Below, piece after piece: positions 26,346-34,367 of a stretch of 44,824 nucleotides of DNA. The stretch comes from a virus (Duplodnaviria > Heunggongvirae > Uroviricota > Caudoviricetes): positions 1-44,824 of the IMG/VR virus record IMGVR_UViG_2778261573_000004; one strand, written 5' to 3'. Under the pieces are notes generated by a model. The model was not told the DNA's origin. It searched no databases and was given only the letters and a program-made list of their open reading frames with translations. Numbering within the stretch: position 1 is the stretch's first letter; the number at the start of each line of letters is the position of its first letter. The translations under genes were made by a program, and so were the position numbers.

Positions 26346-26607
26346 TGAAAAAGATGCAAAAATACTATCTATGACGTGACTATAGCTACTTACCCACAGT
26401 TTATACAAGCCAAAAATGCTAAATTCAGATAATCCTATTCGCTGAAAAACTACACAAAAGCTACGTTCATCTTGTCATTAGATAACGTCAGTAACTTTCA
26501 CTGGATCTAAGCCATTGGTGAAAAAGCTAATTGCATGATGAAGCACTGTAATGTAGCAGTTGAGGTTGTTAAATGAGAATCACCCTAACAATGTCAACGG
26601 ACATTAT

Positions 26608-27144
26608 TCATTTTCGTAACTTCTCAATCTCTCGTATACCCGCCAGGTTATTGTTGCCCTTCTCAATAACAGCCAGCAAAGGTTCAATCCAGAGGACGGC
26701 CTGGCAATACGTCATTGAGCTGGCGGCAGCGGTACTATCATCGGTTGCGTTAGTGTTCCCGGTATCGGGGTGCATTGCGCTGGCACGTAAACGGTACGCG
26801 TATTTGAGCAGCCCACCAGCGACATCAGCAGGAACAGGCAGATCACAGGTCTTTTCACGTCGGAGAATCTCCCGGTATTCGATGACAGTTTTCTCAGTAC
26901 CGGCATCGATCAGCGAGTTAAGGCGGTTGGCGTTCTCTGCTATCTGGTTAAACCGATTGAAGTTGAAAGCCTGTGTAGTTATCACCGTCGCCTGCAGCGC
27001 GTTATCATTACGTAATACCCGATTCTCACTCTGTTCTGTTTCAAGAGCTGAGCGGCTACGAACCAGTAATACGCTAAGCACTGCAATAATGATTACGACA
27101 GCCACCAGCAGAACCGCAACAATCGTAATTTTTCTGGGTTTCAT
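26608..27144 (-). CDS. i-spanin Rz-like (lysis cassette A)
   Basis: 178 aa with N-terminal TM helix (ITIVAVLLVAVVIIIAVLSVLLV) and periplasmic coiled-coil; follows the SAR endolysin with ATGA overlap. Confidence 0.7.
   Translation of the reverse strand: MKPRKITIVAVLLVAVVIIIAVLSVLLVRSRSALETEQSENRVLRNDNALQATVITTQAFNFNRFNQIAENANRLNSLIDAGTEKTVIEYREILRREKTCDLPVPADVAGGLLKYAYRLRASAMHPDTGNTNATDDSTAAASSMTYCQAVLWIEPLLAVIEKGNNNLAGIREIEKLRK
26712..26906 (-). CDS. o-spanin Rz1-like (embedded in Rz)
   Basis: Embedded +1-frame ORF with lipobox LVGCS and Pro-rich C-terminus; the true start may be the internal GTG at 26858. Confidence 0.5.
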   Translation of the reverse strand: MPVLRKLSSNTGRFSDVKRPVICLFLLMSLVGCSNTRTVYVPAQCTPIPGTLTQPMIVPLPPAQ

Positions 27145-27716
27145 CAGAATACCCCCGGAACTGATACCGGAATGCCAGGGTTAAGCGGCCCGAGTCCATC
27201 CCCCAGAACCTGAGGTTTCTCTGCCCACAGGCAAACTTCACGCTCAATCTCACGCCTCGTGATTAAACCCTTCCACTGTTTGTCACCAGCATAGATCCAG
27301 CGCCGCAGTTGTTCGCATGCGCCTTTCGAATCACCCTGGTTGATTTTTCGTAACAGTGTGGAGGTTTTGAAGTTTCCCGCGCCTACGTTATACGCAAATG
27401 AGTACAGCGCCCCTCTCATCGTTTCGGGGATCGGAGCATTGATATATGGGTTAATCTGTCGGGCGACAATATTCAGGTCTTTATCCAGCAGCGCCTGGCA
27501 CTCTGCTTTGGTGTAGGTCTTGCCGAGGATAATATCTTTACCAGTATGGCCCCAGCATACAGTCCACACTCCAACAACATCCCGATAAGGCTGATAGCGT
27601 ACACCTTCAAGGCCATCATTACCCGTTGGGCCAGTAATCAACGCCGCAGCGATAGCAATAGCGCCAGCGGGTATCGCTGCAATAACGCTATTCTTCAGCT
27701 TTGGTGGCATAGCCAT
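27144..27716 (-). CDS. SAR endolysin (phage 21 R21-like lysozyme)
   Basis: N-terminal Gly/Ala-rich signal-anchor-release domain ([19 protein letters not shown]) followed by [28 protein letters not shown], matching my recollection of the phage 21 lysozyme catalytic region. Confidence 0.85.
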   Translation of the reverse strand: MAMPPKLKNSVIAAIPAGAIAIAAALITGPTGNDGLEGVRYQPYRDVVGVWTVCWGHTGKDIILGKTYTKAECQALLDKDLNIVARQINPYINAPIPETMRGALYSFAYNVGAGNFKTSTLLRKINQGDSKGACEQLRRWIYAGDKQWKGLITRREIEREVCLWAEKPQVLGDGLGPLNPGIPVSVPGVF

Positions 27717-27966
27717 TGCGCCGATCCTCCCGTTCTTTCCAGCGGAAATACCAGTTCACTGCACAGGTAATAACAGTGCATGCGATACCGACAATAATTG
27801 CCCAGTCGCTCAGGCTTAACCCTGCAATTCTGTCGGCCAACATCCAGGACACCTCTTTTGCTGTTTTAGCTGTTTCGGCATATGCCTTCGCTGATACACC
27901 GCAGCCGGTCAGCGTGGTTCCTGTTCCATATGAAAGTCTGCTGTAAATGGTGCTCATTCTGGTCAT
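27688..27966 (-). CDS. Pinholin (S21-like) with dual-start motif
   Basis: 92 aa; N-terminus MTRM gives two in-frame starts separated by Arg (holin/antiholin arrangement); C-terminus [13 protein letters not shown] resembles the phage 21 pinholin tail. Confidence 0.75.
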   Translation of the reverse strand: MTRMSTIYSRLSYGTGTTLTGCGVSAKAYAETAKTAKEVSWMLADRIAGLSLSDWAIIVGIACTVITCAVNWYFRWKEREDRRNGYATKAEE

Positions 27967-28173
27967 AGCCTCACCTCCGATTTTTCGGATGGCGCTGTGT
28001 GTGTGTTTGAAAAGGGTCAGGCTTCACGGGCTGGATTTATCAACAAAGCACGTAGCGGATGATTCCCGTGAGCCTGAAATTGATGAATATGTCTGAAATA
28101 ACTAGACCATTAGTAAAACAACTCGATAAATGTGGTTAAATGAGACTACGTTCTCACAACTTAATTAGTACCA

Positions 28174-28344
28174 ATGATTATCAAGCCCTGTCCCTACTGC
28201 GGAAAGTTAATTAACCCAGAATCACTTGTGTGTAGCCACTGCCGGATAGTGAATCCTTTTGTGAAGGCCAGCAGAAGAGAAAAAGCGAAGAATGTATTAG
28301 TAATCGCTCTCGTTGCTGCTTTTTTAATTTGGATGATTCTCTGA
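28174..28344 (+). CDS. Small zinc-ribbon membrane protein (56 aa; below the ORF-track size cut-off)
   Basis: MIIKPCPYCGKLINPESLVCSHCRIVNPF...VLVIALVAAFLIWMIL: CxxC-N9-CxxC zinc ribbon plus C-terminal TM helix. No clear RBS, so confidence is low. Confidence 0.3.
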   Translation: MIIKPCPYCGKLINPESLVCSHCRIVNPFVKASRREKAKNVLVIALVAAFLIWMIL

Positions 28345-28816
28345 GTTGCCAGTTTTCAATGAAGATAATGCGGGCAAAAAAAGCCTGCTCGGACGAACAG
28401 GCATGAAAAATAACAATACCGTCAAGGAGGTGGCGCCGGGTGCCTCCCGGTGGAACAGCCCCAGCCGACTAGTTCCGCGCAAACAAACCTGGACAAAAAA
28501 GTTTGACTGGTCGCCCCTCCGCATAGGGGGATTCACCACACTAAAAATTTAACATCTGATGAAACTCGTTTCAATGCTCTACGACGATGTGACAGGGGTA
28601 TTGATGCAATGCAAATAGACCTACTCTCGGAGCAAGGATAACAACTTTTCCGTACTCTCTTCTGTAAGTTCGAAGTGGATCAATTCTTCGCCATTCTTGA
28701 GAATGTAGAGTTCTTTACTCCCTTTATCATCAGTAGTGATATCAAGGGCATAAATATCAGGCTTGCATAGCGTAATGCCGCCTGTCGTAACTAGCGTCTT
28801 ATTAACGAGGTGACTC

Positions 28817-29092
28817 ATGGGGATACTCTCCGAACTGGATTCTTTACTGGAAAAAATCCCACTGTGGAAAAGGTTAAAAACAGTACCCGACGAAGTGGAT
28901 CGTCTCAAACAGCAGGTCGCCGAGCTTGAGGCATACATCAAATCCAGCGGTGGGGAGAAATGCCCCAGATGCTCACAGATGAGCTATAGCCTTGACCGAA
29001 CCGTAGATGACCCCGATTTCATTGGGCTGGGAGTTCAGAGAGACTATTACAAATGCTCCAGCTGTGGGTACGAAACCTTTAAACAGCGCTGA
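28817..29092 (+). CDS. Coiled-coil plus C-terminal zinc-ribbon protein
   Basis: RBS GAGGTG 5 nt before ATG 28817; CPRC...CSSC zinc ribbon; followed by terminator at 29108-29142. Its start codon overlaps a divergent minus-strand ATG (28818) of a possible 65-aa ORF at 28621-28818. Confidence 0.4.
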   Translation: MGILSELDSLLEKIPLWKRLKTVPDEVDRLKQQVAELEAYIKSSGGEKCPRCSQMSYSLDRTVDDPDFIGLGVQRDYYKCSSCGYETFKQR

Positions 29093-29107
29093 GATTGCAG
29101 AAACGAC

Positions 29108-29142
29108 AAAGCCCAAGGCGTTAACCTCGGGCTTGTATTTTT
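29108..29142. terminator. Hairpin terminator, possibly bidirectional (candidate tR-prime for the late operon)
   Basis: AAGCCCAAGGCGTTAACCTCGGGCTT followed by TGTATTTTT on the plus strand; on the minus strand the same hairpin is followed by UUGUCGUUUCUGC; about 150-180 nt downstream of the Q-like gene stop. Confidence 0.45.
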
Positions 29143-29289
29143 GCTCACTTTCGAGCCGTTACGTTGCTTTTAAAGACTGCCGCTGTCTAACTGCTTTTTA
29201 CTGATGGCTTGCCGACCAACTTTTTTCAAACTTCATGCCGCCACTTAAAGTTAAGGCAGCATATCAAAGTAGACTCAAATATGACGCAT

Positions 29290-29979
29290 TTAATCCAGTT
29301 TTGCAAGACTTGAGTCTAAATTTGTCGCCTTTTGTTGTGAACGTGATCGCGTTACCTGCAAAAGAGAATCGCTATCAAGGCGCCGCAAGGTGGTTTTCAT
29401 CTCCTCCCACCGTTCTGTAAACGTTTCTGACCAGTTCTTCGGGGTCACTCCGACCATGGCGGCAAGCTTTTGGTATTCATACGTCTCACGCCCTGCCAGC
29501 TCTGCTTTCACGTCCTGAGCCGCGAGCCAGACAAGCTTCTTCAGGCGCTCCATCGTTTTGCCGGCCACCTTCTTCGCGCCGAGCTGCTCCCGGAACTCTG
29601 CCCACGCCCATTGAGTGATTTCCACCTGATAGCACCAGCGCACGTTCTCGCTATAGTTCCATAGCAGCCACGCTTTCTGATGGTCTTCAAGCGACAGAAC
29701 AGCGCGGCGCCACGATGCGGTCCCGTACTCTACCGGGCCCACCAGCGCGATAGACGAGCCCTTAGCGCGGGACTGGTTGCCGCTCATCGGCTGGCCGTCA
29801 GGATTGACCATGCGCTGCTTATCCTTGTCGAATACCTTTTTCCGGCCCCGACTCCGCGCCGTCGCGGTGAATTGCGCGTTCTCGGCGAAAGCTACCAGCT
29901 GCCCTTTCGTCGCCCCGCTGAGGTCTGCGGTCGCCACAATGAGCTGCTGACGTACGTATTCCAGTTGCTGACTGTTCAT
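29290..29979 (-). CDS. Putative late-gene regulator / antitermination protein Q-like
   Basis: 229 aa in the canonical Q position (after rusA, before the terminator and lysis genes); assignment is mainly positional. Confidence 0.45.
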   Translation of the reverse strand: MNSQQLEYVRQQLIVATADLSGATKGQLVAFAENAQFTATARSRGRKKVFDKDKQRMVNPDGQPMSGNQSRAKGSSIALVGPVEYGTASWRRAVLSLEDHQKAWLLWNYSENVRWCYQVEITQWAWAEFREQLGAKKVAGKTMERLKKLVWLAAQDVKAELAGRETYEYQKLAAMVGVTPKNWSETFTERWEEMKTTLRRLDSDSLLQVTRSRSQQKATNLDSSLAKLD

Positions 29980-30088
29980 GCGGCTTCCTTCTGTGGCTGG
30001 TTGGTTTTGGTCTGGCTGTGCTTTGCTATTGGCGGCAGGTTGGCGCGCTTAACGCTTTCGGCCTGATATCGGGTTATCTCGTCTCTGG

Positions 30089-30448
30089 TCACGGTGCGCA
30101 CTCCCCGATAATGATCTGCCCCTTCTCTCCCCAGACCTTTGTGATGCGGCAATCCCAGATGTGAGCATCATCCTCATAAAGCGCATCCATCAGGGCTTTC
30201 AGCATGTTGTCGCAGTCTGGCTTGGCCTGGTGAGGCTTCCCGGCGAACTCCGCTCGTTTCTTCTTACTCCAGCTTGGTGGCATTGGTAGGACGAATGTCA
30301 CATGTGATCCGGATTCAGGCATGGTCAACTTGCGCAGGCGGACCTCATCGCAAAAAGCGCGGTAACGCATTACAGGTGGACGCTGCTTCCACTTATCCGC
30401 GCGGGTCATGCGAGGCTTGCCGATTGGTGTGATGTCGTAGATTTTCAT
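30089..30448 (-). CDS. rusA: Holliday junction resolvase RusA
   Basis: 119 aa; KPDCDNMLKALMDALYEDDAHIWD matches the RusA catalytic aspartate region. Confidence 0.85.
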   Translation of the reverse strand: MKIYDITPIGKPRMTRADKWKQRPPVMRYRAFCDEVRLRKLTMPESGSHVTFVLPMPPSWSKKKRAEFAGKPHQAKPDCDNMLKALMDALYEDDAHIWDCRITKVWGEKGQIIIGECAP

Positions 30449-30729
30449 GCAGGCACCACCAAGCCACGACGGGCAATCTGAATAATGGTCAGGACGATGG
30501 CGCGATCCATTAACTGGCGGCGCTCGTCACGGCTAAGCCCCTTCCCGTTATCAATCTCTGAATGGCAGGTGACACAGATAGCGGCGGTGGCGCAGTCGTC
30601 TGTCTTCATGCCAATTCCCTTACCTTCATTGCGGTGTGCTACCTGTACGCCCCACGCTCCGCAAAGGACGCATTGCTCAATCTGGCCGACTGCGGCGAGC
30701 CACTTCTTGCTGCGGTAGGTTTTACTCAT
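30445..30729 (-). CDS. DUF1364-like Cys/His-rich protein (YbcO-like)
   Basis: Start at [10 protein letters not shown]; CVLCGAW...HR...[15 protein letters not shown] Cys/His cluster; precedes rusA as ybcO does in the DLP12 prophage (from memory). Confidence 0.55.
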   Translation of the reverse strand: MSKTYRSKKWLAAVGQIEQCVLCGAWGVQVAHRNEGKGIGMKTDDCATAAICVTCHSEIDNGKGLSRDERRQLMDRAIVLTIIQIARRGLVVPA

Positions 30730-31390
30730 GGTCACCACCTTGCACCTGAACCAGCGTGAGGTTTCCGCAAAACACCGCTCCTGTGTCGATGTACATCTGG
30801 TTGGCATACTTCAGGGGCTGGCGCGCAGGGGTGTGGCCGAAGATAAACAGATCAGCACCGGCTATCGGCGAGACAATGCTGCCCTGAGCGTCGCTAACCC
30901 GCTCACGATTCCAGATGACCATGTCTTTCGGGACCGGCTTGTCGAACGCATATTCGTTATGCGGGTAGTCAGCGTGGCAAATTACGATTTTCCGATCGGA
31001 GGTAACCAGCTCGATGATGAGTGGTAACTCAGCTGCCTTGTGAACCAGAGCCTTAGCCAGCACCTCTTTGTCATAGTCGAGATTGAAGAACCAACCGCCA
31101 CCGTTTACCAGCCAGTGATTGACGTTTCCATGCTCTGAAAGCCCATCAACCATCATCTGCTCATGGTTACCGCGCACTGCCCTGAACCACGGCATAGTAA
31201 TCAGATCCAGGCACTCGACGTTTTCCGCGCCGCGGTCAACAAGGTCACCAACCGAGATCAGCAAATCACGCGCAGGGTCGAACGAAACCTTTTCGAGCTC
31301 ATTCATCAGCAGCGTGTAGCACCCATGCAGATCGCCGACGACGAAGATATTGCGCCAGTCAGCGCCATTAATTCGTTGATACATGCTCAT
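30722..31390 (-). CDS. Ser/Thr protein phosphatase (lambda PPase / NinI-like metallophosphoesterase)
   Basis: Start at MSMYQRI; motifs GDLHG, GDLVDRG and GNHE are diagnostic of the PPP/calcineurin-like family. Confidence 0.85.
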   Translation of the reverse strand: MSMYQRINGADWRNIFVVGDLHGCYTLLMNELEKVSFDPARDLLISVGDLVDRGAENVECLDLITMPWFRAVRGNHEQMMVDGLSEHGNVNHWLVNGGGWFFNLDYDKEVLAKALVHKAAELPLIIELVTSDRKIVICHADYPHNEYAFDKPVPKDMVIWNRERVSDAQGSIVSPIAGADLFIFGHTPARQPLKYANQMYIDTGAVFCGNLTLVQVQGGDHE

Positions 31391-31557
31391 GCTGATTTTC
31401 TCCTCGCTGCGAGACGCAGCCATTTCTGATCCACCAGGCGGGCGGTGTAGTCTTTCAGGGTCGGGATATCGGACGGCTTAACCGCGGGCTTAGGCTTGCG
31501 GCGCGCCGGAACGCGAAAGATTTCGTTTGTGATGACGCGGGAAAGTGGAGTTGACAT
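31387..31557 (-). CDS. ninE: NinE-like small protein (56 aa; below the ORF-track size cut-off)
   Basis: [36 protein letters not shown] resembles lambda NinE as I recall it; start overlaps the ninB stop (TGATG) and its stop overlaps the phosphatase start (ATGA). Confidence 0.55.
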   Translation of the reverse strand: MSTPLSRVITNEIFRVPARRKPKPAVKPSDIPTLKDYTARLVDQKWLRLAARRKSA

Positions 31558-32012
31558 CAGGCCTCCTGCTTATCGCGCAGCACCTGAAATTCGCTGCTTT
31601 GAGGGATTGTGAGCACCAGGCCAAACTGAGCGCACCAGCCTTCCACCTGGCACATGAAATGGTGCATGTCGCCAGTGTCCAGATCGGACGTGTGGCGGAG
31701 TTCTAATTCAATCGTCTTAATTCCGGTGACGAAATCGGTGTACTCAACCTCTTCATAACCCAGATAAGTTTTTTTGAGGTTTCGCTTTACCCATGCAGGC
31801 GTTGCGTCAGTGCGCCCAGACTTGATCAGGTAGTCGCTTATTTCCTTGTACCAAACGTGGCTCAGACTATTTTGTGAAAGGCTTCTCTTCTCGCGCCAGT
31901 CTTTGAGTTGGAGCCGGAAGCACTCACCGTTTTCGAGAAGTGGCTTCAGATGCTGAGTGATAGCACCAAGATTTCCACGGTGTAGCTTGATGCCGTCTTT
32001 GGAGATAATCAT
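31557..32012 (-). CDS. ninB: NinB (Orf-family recombination protein)
   Basis: Start at MIISKDGIKL (ATG 32012); NinB-like size and position in the nin region. Confidence 0.75.
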   Translation of the reverse strand: MIISKDGIKLHRGNLGAITQHLKPLLENGECFRLQLKDWREKRSLSQNSLSHVWYKEISDYLIKSGRTDATPAWVKRNLKKTYLGYEEVEYTDFVTGIKTIELELRHTSDLDTGDMHHFMCQVEGWCAQFGLVLTIPQSSEFQVLRDKQEA

Positions 32013-32380
32013 ACGGCCTCCTTGACGGAAACCGCAGAATGCAGAAAATCGCAGGTGCATGTCTGCATCTGTGACAAGGCGATGAGTTCAGATTGTGGTC
32101 GCATTTAAGTCCCCTTAAATGCGCAGAAGTCTTACCGTCGGGCGTTCAACTCCGACGACGGTTAAATTATGGCTGGTTGATTATGGAAAATCAACATAAG
32201 AGAAAGGCCTTCGAAGAGGCCATTGGTGTCTTGATGCTGGTTTATAAATCTCTACCCGCCGGGATGATTCACAAAATACATTTGCAATTAGTACTTCAGG
32301 GAAGGCTGGATTTGATCTAGCTTGTTAAACAATCCGTAGATTATGATATCGGGATAAAAAACAGAAGGGATGGCCTGGTT

Positions 32381-32818
32381 ATGAATAATGGGGTGTTTAC
32401 TACCGTCATTACTGGTGTTTCAGTGTTTGTGTTGGGTCAGATATTTGTAAAATCCATGCTTGATCCTTACATTTCATTCAAGGAACATTTGGGGATGGTT
32501 TCGGCCATTCTCCTGCGTGAGCAAAATAAAATCCTTAGCATCAATGCGAAAAGCGAAGTAATAAACGAAATCAAACAGGCGTCAGCTTTGCTGTTGTCAA
32601 AATCTAATGCCATACCCTTGTATGGAATGTTGGCTACTTTACGTCTCCTTCCTCGATACAAAGATGTCCTTAAGGCCTCGTGGAATCTGAATCTTATTGC
32701 GTCTATTTTAGAAGAAGGAAGAAACACCACCCCCAAAGAAACCTATACAACTATTTCTAATTCTCTCAATGCGGTAGGCAGTAAGTTAGGGGTGGTTGTT
32801 ACATACAGACCATCTTAG
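32381..32818 (+). CDS. Membrane-anchored protein of unknown function (AT-rich opposite-strand cargo gene)
   Basis: 145 aa; N-terminal TM helix (VFTTVITGVSVFVLGQIFV); region 32100-32820 is AT-rich relative to flanks; convergent with the DUF551-like gene. Confidence 0.55.
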   Translation: MNNGVFTTVITGVSVFVLGQIFVKSMLDPYISFKEHLGMVSAILLREQNKILSINAKSEVINEIKQASALLLSKSNAIPLYGMLATLRLLPRYKDVLKASWNLNLIASILEEGRNTTPKETYTTISNSLNAVGSKLGVVVTYRPS

Positions 32819-32819
32819 A

Positions 32820-33437
32820 TCAGCAAATAATATCTTCCTGCTGCGGCGCTGCCGGCAGCGGCATCCAGTGGGTTGGGCTCCATGATGCTCCTGGTATAAT
32901 CCAGCCATCTATATCTGCATCCGGATGCCCAGGGCAATTTGTTGCCCACTTCATTGCATAGCCGCCAGGAGCTGATTGCCATGGCGCAGCAACTATCACA
33001 CCTGTTGATGGGCTTGGCATCCGCTTACTGCAAGCCACCCAACCGTCTGTCAACTCATCACTATTACTTACAGGTTCGGCCTGAAGCATGGCGGCGCGAT
33101 AGGCGTTCCAGCCGACAGCTTTTCCGTGTTCAAACGCGCTGTCAAAGTCATCATCAATTTCCATCGCAGCGGGCACAGATACCGGCGCTGGCGGGGCGGT
33201 GTAAAGCGGCGTTACTTCTCGCAGCGGGTCGGCATAAGCATTGCCACTATCGAAGCTGACGTTGTTTTTTGCCCCGCCTCCTGACAGCAACCACGCCACC
33301 GGCTCCGCTTCGAGCGATGCCAGCGCTATACGCGCCATCTCTTTGACAACGTCACAGTTTTTATTTCCTTCGCAATCATCCATCAAAAGCCAATCGTCAT
33401 TGATTATTTCTTTAATCTTATCCCGTGAAAGTTCCAT
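32820..33437 (-). CDS. DUF551-like protein
   Basis: 205 aa; C-terminal GWVACSKRMP...WATN...THWMPLPAAP resembles DUF551 domains common in lambdoid nin regions (from memory). Confidence 0.55.
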   Translation of the reverse strand: MELSRDKIKEIINDDWLLMDDCEGNKNCDVVKEMARIALASLEAEPVAWLLSGGGAKNNVSFDSGNAYADPLREVTPLYTAPPAPVSVPAAMEIDDDFDSAFEHGKAVGWNAYRAAMLQAEPVSNSDELTDGWVACSKRMPSPSTGVIVAAPWQSAPGGYAMKWATNCPGHPDADIDGWIIPGASWSPTHWMPLPAAPQQEDIIC

Positions 33438-33637
33438 TAATTCACCGCCTTAGCTTTACGCTCTGCTTCACTAAAATCCCAGTCAACACGATGCGATATT
33501 TCAATTGCCGCCCTAACGGAATGCTCAATCATGATGTCGAGCTTTTGAAGTGTCATGGCCATATTTGGATTTCGAGCCAATATTTCTGCGCGAAGAATTT
33601 GCCAGTCATTGCATGTTTCAAGTAATGAATTAGCCAT
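33437..33637 (-). CDS. Small hypothetical protein
   Basis: Start at MANSLLETCNDW (ATG 33637) directly after the upstream stop; 66 aa. Confidence 0.35.
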   Translation of the reverse strand: MANSLLETCNDWQILRAEILARNPNMAMTLQKLDIMIEHSVRAAIEISHRVDWDFSEAERKAKAVN

Positions 33638-34025
33638 TATCTTTACCCCGCGCTCCATATGCAGATAAGCACTCTTCAAATCCAGCCTGATTATCCGTTT
33701 GACCAAAACTGAAGCCATGCTGAAGACCATGACGAAATGCGCTATCTTGCAATTTATCTGCGCTATCGAGCTTCGCTTCCAGTTCAGCGATTCGCTTCTC
33801 TGCGGCTTCCAGCGATGCCAGCAGCGCCAGCACGGTGACGGGGTTGGCTGCGGCGATGAATACTGAATCGACCTTGAGGCAATGTTGTGCTACCGCTTTC
33901 ACACCAACCTTCACCTCATATCCGCGCGCACCTTTGTGTGGCTTGTAAGGCTCCCAATTCCCCCATGATGCAGCGTTTGCCGCATTGGCTGCTTCACGTA
34001 ATGCGCGTTTGTCGATGTTGCTCAT
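33630..34025 (-). CDS. Ead/Ea22-like protein
   Basis: Start at MSNIDKRALREAANAA; coiled-coil segment; early-region accessory protein type (from memory). Confidence 0.45.
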   Translation of the reverse strand: MSNIDKRALREAANAANAASWGNWEPYKPHKGARGYEVKVGVKAVAQHCLKVDSVFIAAANPVTVLALLASLEAAEKRIAELEAKLDSADKLQDSAFRHGLQHGFSFGQTDNQAGFEECLSAYGARGKDNG

Positions 34026-34366
34026 ACCCCTACCCTCCCCCAAACCATCAATACCCTTCTCATCGCCGCGCTGTTGCGGCACTCCTGGCAGATCACGTTT
34101 GCCTCTGTACGCTGCACCAGCTTCGAATTTCCCTTCGGCATAGCCGGGATTGTTTCTGGTGCGTATTTCATGCCGTAATCGGTCAGCCGATAAAGCCGCT
34201 GTCCGTGCTTGCCTTCGAACTCGATCAGGCCGTCTGCCAGCAGCGTGCTCACCGTTCCGGATATCTTTTTGGTGTCCATGCCGATAAGCCCTGCCAGTTT
34301 GGCGTTGTTCAACCCTGGGTTGTTGCGCAGGGCTGCCAGCACCTGCTCACGGATTGTTATGTTCAT
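34022..34366 (-). CDS. Putative winged-helix DNA-binding protein
   Basis: Start at MNITIREQVLAALRNNPGLNNAKLAGLIGMDTKKISGTVSTLLADGLIEF; HTH-like; ATGA overlap with the downstream gene. Confidence 0.4.
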   Translation of the reverse strand: MNITIREQVLAALRNNPGLNNAKLAGLIGMDTKKISGTVSTLLADGLIEFEGKHGQRLYRLTDYGMKYAPETIPAMPKGNSKLVQRTEANVICQECRNSAAMRRVLMVWGRVGV

Positions 34367-34367
34367 G

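Noticed and set aside
26573-27184. 203-aa plus-strand ORF
   Set aside because: Antisense to the Rz/Rz1 spanin genes of lysis cassette A.
32120-32155. tRNA-like T-loop motif (GTTCAACTC) within a hairpin
   Set aside because: The stem pairs GTCGG/CCGAC around a 10-nt loop rather than a 7-nt T-loop; no acceptor stem, anticodon arm or 3-prime CCA context could be built, so it is a simple hairpin and not a tRNA.
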